Of a stretch of DNA of 64,000 bases, positions 25,134 through 37,571 are shown in pieces. The notes under the pieces are model-generated. The model was not told the origin of the DNA. It made no database searches and worked only from the letters and a program-made list of their open reading frames with translations. Every line of letters starts with the position of its first letter. Position 1 is the first letter of the stretch. The stretch comes from Heterodontus francisci (taxonomy: Eukaryota): contig NC_090395.1 in the NCBI RefSeq assembly GCF_036365525.1, positions 30,045,813 through 30,109,812 of the forward strand. The letters are read 5' to 3'. Made by a program: the position numbers and the translations under genes.

Positions 25134-26834
25134 AAACAGATAGCTAGTCTGAATGCTATCTTAGCAAATCCTTAGGTCAAATAATTAGGTTTTAATTGAT
25201 CTGGGCCAAGATACAGCAAAGACACCTCGTTGCCTTAAAGAGACATAAGTTGTGTACATCTATGTTTTAAAAGCACATATATTGCACATCACATGATCTC
25301 AAGATTCTGTTCTTAAACATAAATTCTTGAGAAGTGTGCTGTCATTTGAAAATAAAATGGAAAATGAAAGCAAATGGGGCTGAGGATTTCAGCCATGGAC
25401 TCAGTGCATGAGAAACTAGGCTGAAGCTGCAGGAAGCCTGAGGGAATATAGATTAGAATCCCAACTGTCAACCTGTGCCCTTTGATGAGTTTGAGGGTTT
25501 GAATAATGAATGAAAAGGAAACAAATTAAATTCCTCTAATGAAACCTGCCAGACTAAAGGATTTCGGTGAGTCACGCGACTGAAATAAGATTGAGTGAGT
25601 GATTGATCGAAAAACTTGAAAAGGCTGTCAATGGGGATTGATCGATTGACATGTTGGCTATACAAATTCCCAAGTGTGTTGCCAGTACTCTCTCCATATT
25701 CATTAGTTTCCTGCAAGCATGAATGCCAAATTACTTCCTCTTTTCTTTGACTAATTTTTGCACTTGCAAAGATTGAGGGATGTTACGGCTTGGAAATTGA
25801 ACACTTTACCCTATTTCAGGCTTCCAGTATTGGCATTGAGCATTCCCAGGTCAGCTATATAGTCTGTCAGAATCAGAGTAGTGCTCCCTTTATCCCAACA
25901 AAATTATAAGTGAGTGCACAAAGGAACATTTTCCCTAAGGTGTGCTTGTGATAGTGTCAGAAAGGCATCACTAACACAACAGTGTAGGACTTTCACCTCC
26001 TGCACTAGCTATCCTTGTGGCCCAATGAGTTTGGAAATAAGTGCCTTATTGGGAGTGTGTTTGTATTATGGGTGAACACCCTCTTGGAATGGATTGAAGC
26101 TACATTGTGTGCCAATTAAAGATGGACATGAGGAAACGGTGCTTCTCGTTTGCTAAATAACAAAAAACTACAACAATCTTAAGCAGGCATATCTTGGGGA
26201 GCTTATTAATTGATAAATGGCACTCCTACAATAGATGTATCCATTGAAACTTCTGTTTTACTAGCCACGGGAGAAGATTTGCATGTGTATCTCTGGTGTA
26301 TGTAGCAAAATCATGAATGTGCTTATAGTTTCACTTACAATTGTACAGAGGAAATATCCCATATCCCCTCTCTGCCTCATCTCTGCTTTATTCTAAATGT
26401 GGAAATTTTGCTCAGAGTACCTCATCTGTTGATTTGATGTTTAATGACCCTTTCTGGTCCAAGGTGTATCTGTCTGATAAAACTACTTTCCCTGATCCTA
26501 CCCTTTGCTGCCAGACTCAGGAAAATACAAATTTCTGGGAGTTTCAATTACTTAGGCTGTTGCAGTCTCATTTCATTAAGATAAGGCTGTTTGAGACCGT
26601 GCACAACTAATTAATTGCAAATCCCAAGTAATTTGGATTTAATTCTTAAAAGCTCAAATGTTATCCTTTTACTTGATTTTAGTGATTAAGTTTGAGGTTG
26701 AAGGCACACTGAACCAGATTAAATGATCACACAGTGTTGATGCTGTCTTGCAGCTAAACTATGCAAATGTTTGTCTTTTCATGCATTAGTTCCGACAGAA
26801 AGACATATTCGTAGTTTGAGCAGCTTGCATTCTG

Positions 26835-27022
26835 AGCAATACAGACTGCTAGGTCCAAGGTTTGATCCCTAGTCTGTGCTCAGTTAGCCAATCTAAGTAG
26901 GGAAACATTACAATTCACTTCACTGCTCCTGTGCCAGGGATCCTGGATTGCTATCCCACCAACAGGAACATGCATGAGCGAATATCAGGTGAGGACTTTG
27001 CCATGAAAACCCTACATGCCAA
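26835..27022 (+). mobile_element. Ancient AmnSINE2-like SINE relic
   Basis: 'ggtttgatccctagtctgtgctcagttagc..ttacaatt..tcctggattgctatcc..ggtgaggac' resembles my recollection of the AmnSINE2 consensus. Confidence 0.45.
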
Positions 27023-27044
27023 ATGGGAAATATTAATTTCATCA

Positions 27045-27955
27045 GTTGGAACCTTGCCTTAGACTTTTGTTGGAAATTCTTACAAATAACTTATTTTTAA
27101 AAAAACTGGTAGCCAAGATGGCCACTGCAATTTACATTTGAAACACCAAAAGACCAGATTGGTGACAACACGACTGACTCAAGCTAGCCAGAACAATGGG
27201 GTGCTCTGTGATTAAATTACCTGAAATGGCCTTATCAGTATGGTCGTCAAGGGCCATCGACACCCATTGACTTTGAAAGGGCCAACCTCTACCAAGTGTG
27301 ACTGGACAACTTGAGGGGTAAAGCCTTGAATATCAGAGAATCTACCAGAAGGACTTCATTAAAACACAAAAAAGCCATCCACAGAGCAGCTCTCTCTCTC
27401 TCCAGTAAAGATCCAAAGCCCTGCTGCAACTGATAAAGCCTCCAGACTACAGACCGCCACCACCAACAACTAGGGGACAAGGATCAAGCCCCCCTCTTCT
27501 GCCTTCTGGAACCTGAGAAGCAAGCCCGCAACCGTGCACTTGGCTCAGCAAGGACTTCAGGATTACACTTTCAACAGAGAACTCTGGGACTGATGTGCTG
27601 TATTTAAATTCCATTTATTCTGGACTCTAATCTGAATACCAAAGCTTTTTTCCGTGTGTGTGTGTGTTTGTGTGTGTGTAGCTCTCATGTGAATGTGTGC
27701 ATGAATGCATAGAGTATATTAGTAATTTTTAACTGGTTTAGAGTGTTATAAGTAATAAACCTACATCTTCTTTAAGCTCAAGGTAACCTGTCTGTTTGGT
27801 TCTTTTGCAATTATATTAGAGGAATAGGAGCAAGTGCTCACTGAGATGGTAAGTTCAATCATTGTGTTTAAAAGATAGGATAAACCCTGTTGTGGTGAAA
27901 GCAGAGAAGGGGCGAAAGGGGAGCCTGAGATTCGCTTGCTCACCCGGCCGTAACA
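27045..27955 (+). mobile_element. LTR-like element (probable solo LTR, left end uncertain)
   Basis: AATAAA at ~27754; ends ..cacccggccgtaaCA, whose reverse complement resembles the start of 41232-42124. Confidence 0.55.
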
Positions 27956-28165
27956 ACCTGTAATTATTGGCTTGCTCCCCATAGCTGATGATTTCAGCTT
28001 GCTGATGTGCAATGGCGAGGATGTCCTCCTGATCTTGGGAGTTGAGATCTTGGGAGTAGATCGGCAGAAATCCCAGATGTTGATTTACTACATTAAAGGT
28101 GTCATATAAATTCAAGTTGTTGCTATAAAAACTGGGGGACTGGGAGAAAGGCAAAGGGAGTTCCC

Positions 28166-28570
28166 GGAGATGGGGGTGCAGCGGTGATGGCGCTGAACTA
28201 GTAATCCAGAAGTCCAGACTAATGCTCTGGGGACATGGGTTCAAATCCCATCGTGGCAGCCGGTGGAATTTAAATTCAATTAATTAATAAAAATCTGGAA
28301 TTGAAAGCTAGGCTCAGTAATGGTGCCAGAAAACTATCATTGATTGGCAAAAAACCCATTTGGTTCACTAATGTCCTTCAGGGAAGGAAACCTGCTGTAC
28401 TTAACCTGGTCTGGCCTACATGTGACTCCAGACCTACAGTAATGTGGTTGACTCTTAATTGCTCTCTGAAATGGCCTAGCAAGCCATTTAGTTGTCAAGG
28501 ACAATTAGAGATGGGCAACAAATGCTGGCCTTGCCAGCGACTCCCACATCCCATGAAGGCATAACAAAAA
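28166..28570 (+). mobile_element. tRNA-derived SINE = 5' head plus 3' tail of the tRNA-headed LINE
   Basis: B box GGTTCAAATCC at 28238-48; 28166-28495 matches the reverse complement of 18131-18451; 28496-28570 matches the LINE 3' end (rc 37578-37650), including the GCTGGC-CTT-GCCAGC hairpin. Confidence 0.9.
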
Positions 28571-28849
28571 GTCGCTGTCCAAATTAATGGATGTAGAGTG
28601 AGCACTTGGGAGAGGTGGATCTGCTAGCTGAGGAACTATGCTGGAGGCCAGCATCAGTGTCTCCAGGCCAGGAAGGAAGTCAAAGGGCTGGAGAAGCTGG
28701 AGCTGTTCAAAGCTGATTCAACAGCAACATCCAAAGTTCAAACTTGTGTCCCTCACCTGCATTCAATTTTCAAATAACATCAGCACTGGGTCCAAATATT
28801 TGTTCTTTGCTTCTCCCAAATTGTGTCATTACAATCTCAGAAAGGTTTT

Positions 28850-29420
28850 CAAAAGGACTTAAATGGTGCCAGGGTATCGGCTATTGACTTTCATAGTACA
28901 CTTAATATGGTCACACACCAGCTGGCCATTGAGAGGGTGGACTTCCTTCTGGTTGTGGTACATCTCAGAATTGACCTGCAGTGTCCACAAAGCAAATTTT
29001 GTTCAGTCAATGGCACCCTGCCACGGGGAAGCCTGCCATCCTCACGAAGCTGTGTGCTCGCTCTGCCTGCTTTGCTCTGGCAAGCGGGAGTGAAATATAT
29101 TCAATTCTCTTTGCGTACAGAACCTCAGTGACCTCTCTTATACAACAGTGGACGGTGACCTGGGAGATGTTGCAAATATCACCTGCCCCGTCTGGAAGGA
29201 GCCAGATGCATTAAAGTTCACAGTCATCAACACCTTCACAGCCACTGGCAATGCTGTCCTCACCCTGATCTGAGACAGCACTTCAGGCAACAGGTGGCAG
29301 ATTTCAGTGAGCACCTCCTTAGTGAAGCGGAGCAGTCTGACATACTGTTCCTTACTGAAGTGGAGGTTGGTGAATTGCTCTCTGAAAACCCTGGCAGATA
29401 TGGCCTACATCTGAGAGCTT
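28850..29420 (-). pseudogene. Harbinger (HARBI1-like) DDE transposase remnant, part of an element spanning ~28600-29995
   Basis: Minus-strand motifs EQYVRLLRFTKEV, RTALPVAVKV, ASGSFQ, GFP..QGAID, NGQLVCDH, NSRYPG; frameshifted. Confidence 0.8.
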
Positions 29421-31104
29421 ATCTCCCCTCCTCTTCCTTCCTCTACAAGTAGTTTGTTCTCCTCTGTGCCACCTCTGCACATAATCTCTGTCATGCTGTA
29501 AGACAAGGAGGACACATACTGCTGCACCCATACCTGGGAGCAAGTGATATGTGCAGAATCCTTGAAGTCAGAAGCAAGGCCTTTAGCACATGCCATACCA
29601 CTCTCTGTAGACTTTAGCAATTTTAAATAATAGTACAAACCACTAAAACTCCGCAAACTCAGCAACAACCAGTAGAAATAAACCTGCAACAAAGCTGAAA
29701 GTAGCTGATGATTCCTTTAAATAGTACTGGTGGAGGATCTTGTCTGCTGCTGAATGTGTGCTCAGCTGTGCGAAGTTAGGAGAGGGCACTAGCTGCAAAG
29801 TTGTGTTCTAAAAGGAAGCAATGGTTTCCAATCAGCATTACACACTGATTGAATCACAATCTGCCTACCCTGCCTACTTCTGGTGTACGCTTCCTACTCT
29901 TGCATTAACGCCCTCACCAAAATGACATCCAGTACAGCCAGTACAAGATGTGTGCGCGTGCACTGCAGATACAATTTTGGAACCAAAATGGCACCCATAG
30001 TACTGCAAATACGTGGTATTCTGGAGCGTTGAAACCTTTGTAAGATTTAGAACCTTACTTATAATGTGTTCTTGGACCAGAAAATAAGAATTTGGACAAA
30101 GAGATACCTGAAGTAGTGATATCAGGATGATTTATTAAGGCTAACAACAACACTTAGCAAATCCAAGGCAGTTGATAGCCTAGTCCAGATGGCCTTTCCT
30201 CTCCACCGGCTTTAGTGGCACAAATGGCTCGTGACTCCTCTTCCCTTGTCTCTCGCTTTCTCATCTTGAATTCTGTGCGCCAAACCTCTCCAGCTCTGTT
30301 CCTTTATTCTTTGTAGTCAGTACACCGATTAGTTGGTTACATATTGCTGTTTCAATTGGTCCTGCCATTTCATTTGTCAGTACTTCTGTCTGTAAGTTAA
30401 TCATGATCACATGTGCAAAACAATCCATTAAAACCTTGAGGTACATTAGATCATACATTCCCAGCAAGACTCATCCTGCTTTTCTGTTAGATTTTGATCA
30501 CAACTTGTCACATAGTTTTCAATATCTGTTCTTTACTTTCCCTTTATCTGTTTATGTTATTAATCCATATCACAATGTAATTACGGGTGACTCAAACTTT
30601 GTAGGCAGCATTTTTTTTTCAGCAAAGTACACAGCTAAAATGAACTCATCATTGACCAAAAGCTTACATAAAACATATATATGAAAGTGCATGAAGCTCG
30701 TAATACAAAATATATAAAAAGACCAGAAAAATGACAGAATCAACTTTTTTTACACTTTGACTGAAAGAAATTCTCAGATGGACTCTTAGAATAGTATAAA
30801 AATGAATGGGAGGGAATGTCAGTAATGTTCTTTGACATGTATCACGTCAAGACTGCTGACATGAACATCTTCTTTCTCTGTTGCCTGTAAAGGGTCAATA
30901 ACTACTTGCACCTTTAATATAGGAAATATCCTAATATACATTTCAGAGGGAAGAGGAAAACAATGATTAGGAATGATAAAGGAATGGATGCAGAGCCATG
31001 TAAGGAGAGATTAGAAGGGGTAACCAAAAGTTTATTCAAGAAGATCAGTTTTAGGCATTGGTGAAGGTGGAGAGAGAAGTGGGCAAGCAGCAGGAGATTC
31101 AGAG

Positions 31105-31220
31105 AATACTTAGGAACAGGAGTAGGCTATTCAGCCCCTTGAGCCTATTCCACAATTCAATTAGATCATGGCTGATCTGTTTCTTAGTTCCATCTACCCA
31201 CTTGGTTCCATAACTTTTAA
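31105..31220 (-). mobile_element. CR1 3' tail fragment
   Basis: 'aggaacaggagtaggctattcagccccttgagcct' matches 20400-20440. Confidence 0.7.
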
Positions 31221-31542
31221 GCAGCCACTGCAGGCCCTTTAAAATTAGTCATCCTTCCAGATCACCTGCCTCCAAATTGACCAGCTGCCTATTGGGAATG
31301 GGCTTCACACTGATAGCCTCGCTGAGTTAATATAAGCAGGGCTCAACAACGAAAATGGTATGGGATGACTCCTTTGGGTGGATACAGTGCTCATCGCCTG
31401 CCTATATCTGCTCTACCCCAGTATAGTCCCCATTGAGTCTAGAGATGAATGAAGCATTGGTAACGGTTCCAATGGTGGAGGAACTGAAGTCGGGGTGAAA
31501 GGCTGCAAGGATTAGGAGGTCGAAGTCTTCATAATGAATAAA

Positions 31543-32340
31543 GGGATGAATATTACAGCCCCCCCCCACCCCCGACTTCGGGGGTCCTGGCGGGGTTGGT
31601 GGGGGGGGCCAGAAAATGCCTCTGGCAGAGGCCTGCCACGGGCCTCGATGCCGGTAAGGCCCGGCCTGATATTACGTGCGGCGGCAAGGCCTCGTGGTGG
31701 CCCCCCCGCCGCTCGGTGAAGGGAGCCACATTTAAATATTAAAATTTATTTAAACAAATGAATTGATTACTTACCCGCTCCTGCCATCTGTTCCGGGGTG
31801 ATATTGGTGCCGGTGGCCAGCACTCCTGCACCTTCAGATACCCGTTCGGGGATCCAAGGTGGAACACTGGTGGGGAGGGGGGAGCATGTAGTGAGTGGGT
31901 GGGGGGTGGGTAGCGCTGCCAGAGTTATTTGATTGGTGTCAGGGATGATAGGAAGGGGTAAAGATGAAAGTTTATGGGGCGGGGGGGGGGGAAGGTCAGG
32001 CGCACAAGGTAGGTATTTTGGGGGGGGGAAGGGCAAGGAATTAAATCTATAGCTGTTGGGAGGGGGAAGAGGGACGAGATCAAGAAATTTCATTTTTAAA
32101 AAATGATTTCCCTTTAAAAGTTAAAATGATGGGGCTTGACGCCCCTTAAAAATGGTGTCAGCACCTGCGCAAAGGCTGCTGACTCCATTGCTGCGACAGA
32201 CTGCCCGCCCCATCCACGTCATCGGGGAAGCGCGTACGGTCCACCCCAACCATTTAAATGAGCCGCCGCATTTAATATCGCGGGGGCTCCGTGTTTACAT
32301 CTGCTGCCAATTTTCACGGTGGCAATGTAAAATCCAGCCC
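31543..32340. mobile_element. Harbinger-type MITE, 798 bp
   Basis: TIRs gggatgaatattac / gtaaaatccagccc; 3-bp AAA on both sides; GC-rich interior with G-runs. Confidence 0.75.
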
Positions 32341-34260
32341 AAAGTGTGGGGTTTGGCTCAGCTCAGAGTTGATCAGGAAGCTGAAGTTTAGTAAGGACTG
32401 TTAAGATCAGCCGGGTCTCCACATCACAGGAATCCCCAGGTTTACTTTGCGGCAGGTGCACAACACACCCACCCCTTCCATTAAAATCAGGCCCATTAAC
32501 TCATCTGTTCTTTCCTCGCGAGTGACTGACCTGCTGAATGTTTCCAGAATTTCCTATTTGTGTTTCAATGCTTTTGTCTTTCGCATTTCGGAACTTTATT
32601 AGATAATCCTCAGTTGTCCTTCTCTGAGGTGTCAGTCAGGCTTCTTCTTAAAGGTGTAATGAACCCCGACTCAACCACATTCCTCTGGAATTCTGTGCCA
32701 CGTGTGCACTATTCTGTGGGAATACTTCAGAGGAAATGATTTACTTCACAGGAAAAGCCTGATCCTGATGTGGAGGTTATGACATGGCTGCCTTTCTCAA
32801 CCTTGTGTGTTTTTGGCCAAAGGATGGAATGAGGGCAGAGTGCAGTCGGGGCAAGAGAGGGAACAAGAAATCCATTGAAAGGAATGTTGGCAAACTGGAA
32901 GAATCCAAAAACAGTCATCAATGAACTAGAGAGATAATCCTGAGACCACTGAGCTAGTAACAGGTCGCTCTCTGTCTTTTTTGAATGGTGAGACTGTTTA
33001 GACTCTTTATCACGGTGGCAGAAACGTTTTCTCATGGTATCCTCTGATCAGAGCAGCATGAATACCCTTTCTAATGCAAATTCCTCCCTGTTATGTGGAT
33101 TTTGCGTTTTTTGGCTGGTCAATTATTTGGCATCAAAAAGCTTTCACTAAAAGACACTCGTCACTGTTTTGAGGGAGTGATCATGAAATGCATTCAAAGT
33201 TTTTTTCGGACAGGCATTGTCTCAGAATTGATTTCTGAAACTTATTATTACCTCAGTCTGAAACCATGAAAGCCAAAATAAGAAATCTGTCACCAGAATC
33301 ATGTTTAAGTGTTAGATATTGCAGTGTGTAGATGGAACCTTACTCTCATAGGTTGTCCAGTTAATGGCTTCTGTTAGGGGCAAACAATGTTTGAAATTTC
33401 AATGGCTAGGAGTTTCCACATGATTTCTGCCTACAAAGAGGTGGAATCCAGACAGAATGAAATGAAATGACGCAAAGGATCATGGAATTTTGGGGGTAAG
33501 TGAGTCGCGCCCACTGGAGTTTCCGCCATCTTTTATACAGACTCAAAAGTCCCTGAAGTCCTTGCCCAAAAAACTGGCCACATCCTCCAGGCAGAATGCT
33601 GAGTTTCCACACATTACACCCATCCAGGGATGTTCATCACATTGTGCCCAGAATTTCAGGAACCATGGCAAGCAGAGCTAAAGGAATCCATCGTTAATGA
33701 CCTGCAGCTACTATGACCAGTCAATTGAAGCCTCTTTCAGGTTTGGTTCTGATATTGATGTCACAATTACTTTAAATTCAGTTTAAATGAGTTCAAATTA
33801 ATCTGCCCTTTGTACAATGAGATCTGTGACCAACAGTCAATTGAAACCACTGATTGGCCTGTCCCTTCAGCTGCAGCAATAACTTGAACATGTTTTCCAT
33901 TTAAATTAGTTTAAAGTCAATAATCTTAAGGGCTCATTGGCCATGTTCCAGTTAATAGTTGATTATAATCAATAACGTTGCTTATGCACTTATTCGTGGG
34001 AGATTTTACTTTCAGGTTTATGCTAATAAATAGAAACTTGTGCGTAACTCCACCTAGGCAAAACCAGCGCAGTGTCCAGTGCATTCTGGACCATTTTACT
34101 GATTGCTCCCCTAGCAGTAAATTCAGGCCTTTGGATATATTGATGGCTTATCAATGAAGCAGCTTCCATAGTTTATGAATGTGATCAAATTGTTAAGGAA
34201 ATCATTTCTTGCTCTTGAAGAGAATGTTGACCTCTTCAAACAGTGTCAAGACATGACTGC

Positions 34261-34355
34261 GATGAAAGGTCACTGACCTGAAACGTTATCTCTGCTTCTC
34301 TCTCCACAGACGCTGCCAGACCTGCTGAGTATTTCCAGCACTTTTTGTTTTTATT
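34261..34355 (+). mobile_element. 95-bp hammerhead-core Penelope-derived insertion; 15-bp TSD
   Basis: GATGA-A-AGGTC-ACT-GACCT-GAAACGTT; TSD tcaagacatgactgc at 34246-60 and 34356-70. Confidence 0.75.
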
Positions 34356-35484
34356 TCAAGACATGACTGCACAGGTTGTATGTGCGTTGTCTTCAGCTGT
34401 ACTGGAACCAAATCATAGAAGTTGCTTCTTTATTGGTTGAAGAGAGTTGCTTCAGCTGTGGGTTTCCACTGCTCAGGTCTCATGCACGTCTGGCACCAAC
34501 CGTTGCCATATTCATTAAGATCAGCCATTCGAAAGATTTGGTTAAAGTGGATCTTCCCAGCTATCAGCCTTAACTAACTTGGCAGATATACATTGGGTGT
34601 TTGAGACCAGCATCCCTCCAAGCTCAGTGTGAAAACAGCCAAAGGAGTGAAACCTACCTTACCTTAGTATAAACAGATTAGGTTTGGTAGCTTCATGACA
34701 TGAGATTTATATCAAACTTGTGGTTTTGACCATAACACCAAAACTACTAAAGTCTTGGGGCACACATTGCATCCAACCACTTGTCTTTGGGATTGAAATT
34801 CCATCGTACAACCTTAGTACTAATTAACACATTCTTATGACATTTCTTTGCTGGCTATTTTAAGTATTCATTTCTTAATTTTTCAGATGGAAGGACTTCA
34901 CATGGGTGTGAATATGCAGCTTACTAAAGTTGCAAACCGTAATTTACACCTATTTGCATCTGGAATACGGTGTAGTATGGTGTTGAAAGTGCCTGTGTAC
35001 ATGACAAAACTCACTTTGAATTGCCTGGCACAACATATTTTCAAATGTGTACAGGTAGTGAGTATTTACCATATTGTGTGGAATAATTACTTAACATTAT
35101 TGAGAAGAATCTAAAATGCTACTATCCTGAAGATTACTGTGAGATACCAACATTATGCATGATGTCAGTCACCAGTTCCATTTTGCCTATTTTATTATAC
35201 ATGCTGGGGATCCACCTTCATCTGTGATGTGCATCTGGTGGATGACAGGAAAAGTGGCGGCCGGGGGGAATCCATTCTAATCACGTCGATAATGTTGATC
35301 GGAGGCCCAATCAATTTTGGCCTCTTATGAATTTCAGTGGCAGGCTGCCCAATGCTAATCATATTGCTTATAGCAACTCACCATTTGGGAGGGCTGGGAA
35401 ATCCAACGGCAGTGTTGCCAGTTAAAGGCAGCCTGCGCTTCAAAAAGAAAAGGTGGGATTTTCAATGGTAGAGTGGAGAAACTA

Positions 35485-36560
35485 TAGATCTTCTCCTCTT
35501 CTCCTCAGGTAGTCCCTCGGGGACGCGGATGACATTCTTCCACTCCAGGGTTGTGGGTCCTTAGGTGACTGAAAAGTCCAATTCTGGATCCGCACACTCT
35601 GCCACATGTGGGGCTTAGTGAGGTGAGTGAATGGGATGCTCGAATTTCCGAACACTTCTTCCGCTGTTTGCACTTGGTCACTGCCTGGGCATGTCGACGT
35701 TGTTCGAACTGGCTGGCACCTTTGCAGATGCTTCTTCTCCATTTTGGACAGTCTCGGGCAAGAGATTTCCATGAATCAGTGGAGATGTCACATTTTTTCA
35801 CGGAGGCTTTAAGGACATCGTGGTAGCCTCTTGCCATGACTCAGCTCGGAGTAGAAAGCTTGTTTTGGGACATTTGTATCAGGCATGCTGACAATGTCGC
35901 CCACCCAACATAACTGACTTGACATGACCAGTGTCTCGATTCTGGGGATGTTGGCCTGAGAGAGGACACTGATATTGGAGCGCCTGTCCTGCCACTAAAT
36001 TTGCAGGATCTTGTGGAGGCACCACTGGTGATATCTCTCCAGGGCTTTGAGATGTCTGCTGTACAGTATCCATGTTTCCGACGCGTACAGGAGGGCAGAT
36101 AACACTGCAGCCCTGTTAAACACTCTTTTCCTCAGACGAACAAAGACACTGGAGGTGATGCTGAGTTTCATCATTGATGTCATAGAGTCATAGAGAGATA
36201 CAGCACTGAAACAGGCCCTTTGGCCCACTGAGTCTGTGCCGACCAACAACCACCCCTTTACACTAATCCTACATTAATCCCACATTTCCTACCATTCTCC
36301 TATCACCTATCTACACTAGGGGCAATTTACAATGGCCAAATTACCTATCAACCTGCAAGTCTTTGGCTGTGGGAGGAAACCAGAGCACCCGGTGGAAACC
36401 CACACGGTCACAGGGAGAACTTGCAAACTCCGCACAGGCAGTACCCAGAACTGAACCCGGGTCACTGGGGCTGTGAGGCTGCGGTGCTAACTACTGTGCT
36501 ACCCTCTTTTGTTTACCTTAGCTGAGAGGAGGCTCCCAAGGTATGAAAAACTATAGGTAT
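35485..36560 (-). mobile_element. RTE-clade LINE 3' fragment, interrupted by HE1
   Basis: LLYASETW..LERYHQWCLHKILQI and C-terminal C2H2 motif PTCGRVCGSRIGLFSHLRTH. Confidence 0.88.
36181..36504 (-). mobile_element. HE1-type V-SINE
   Basis: Reverse complement of the 16229 family. Confidence 0.9.
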
Positions 36561-36649
36561 ATTGATGACGTCTAGGGTACCCCTATTTTCAGATACTGCT
36601 GTGGTGGTGTTTACTGGAGAAGTCAGGACCAGGAAGGAAAATAAAAAAA

Positions 36650-37066
36650 TTATCTTTTATTTATGTAGCGCCTTTCATGACCTCAGAACATCCCAAAGTG
36701 CTTTATAGCAATGAGGTACTTTGTAGGAAACGTAGCAGCCAATTTGAGTTCAGCAAGATTCCACAAACAGCAATGTGATACTGACCAGATAATTTGTTTT
36801 AGTGAGTTTGATGAGGGGTAAATAATGTCGAGGACACCAGAAAGAACTCCCCGCTCTTCAAAATAGTAACCCGAGATCTCTTACATCTGAAAATGCAGAC
36901 AGGGCCCTGCCTTAATGTTGCATTTGAAAGATGGCACCTCCAACAGTGCAGCACTCACTCAGTTCTGCGTTTGAGTGTCAGCTGAGATTTTGTCTTAAGT
37001 CTCTATCATAGGGCTTGAACACAGAACTTTCTGAAAGGTGAGGGTGCTACCATTGAGATAAGGCTG
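36650..37066 (-). mobile_element. DeuSINE (SacSINE1-like) with L2-type tail, near full length
   Basis: Reverse complement shows tRNA head, Deu domain and tail 'gaaaggcgctacataa'. Confidence 0.8.
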
Positions 37067-37571
37067 AACCAAAAGAGGTCTTGTTTCCATGCCAAATAAG
37101 CCAGTATACTTGGAGACAGGTGATGGAACAAGTCAATATCAGCATCATTGTTCCCAGCATCTGACAACAGTGCTCCAAAAAATGTAATGACCGTACCAGG
37201 ACTGCCAAAGTAAGATTCCTCTTGACAGCTTTCTTACAATTAATAAAACACTGCACTACCACACTTGTCGCACCGCACTAACAGTTCTCCTGTCCCCTGC
37301 AGCACAAGTCCCTTCTCCAGTGACACTTTGCTACACTTCCATCTGCCCACGTTCACCTGCTATTGTTCTCATAACTGGCACAAACAATATGTTTGGAGAT
37401 GGATTAACTGTCCCATTGATACTTCACTCTCCAAATGCTTTTTTTCATCCAACAACTTTCCCTCCTGCACGTATTTTCTGCCTGTTACTCTCAACCTGCA
37501 CACTATGTTAAGCTGTCTTGCACAGCTTCATAACCCTTTCATTGCCACACACTAACCCACTTCCACTTTGT

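Noticed and set aside
30180-30400. Possible minus-strand host exon (acceptor-like site at ~30390; similar sites at ~33237 and ~43425)
   Set aside because: No recognisable protein similarity, early stops and no consistent donor sites; a lncRNA cannot be excluded without RNA-seq.
32727-33035. 102-aa ATG-initiated ORF in non-repeat sequence
   Set aside because: No domain signature, and the length is compatible with chance.
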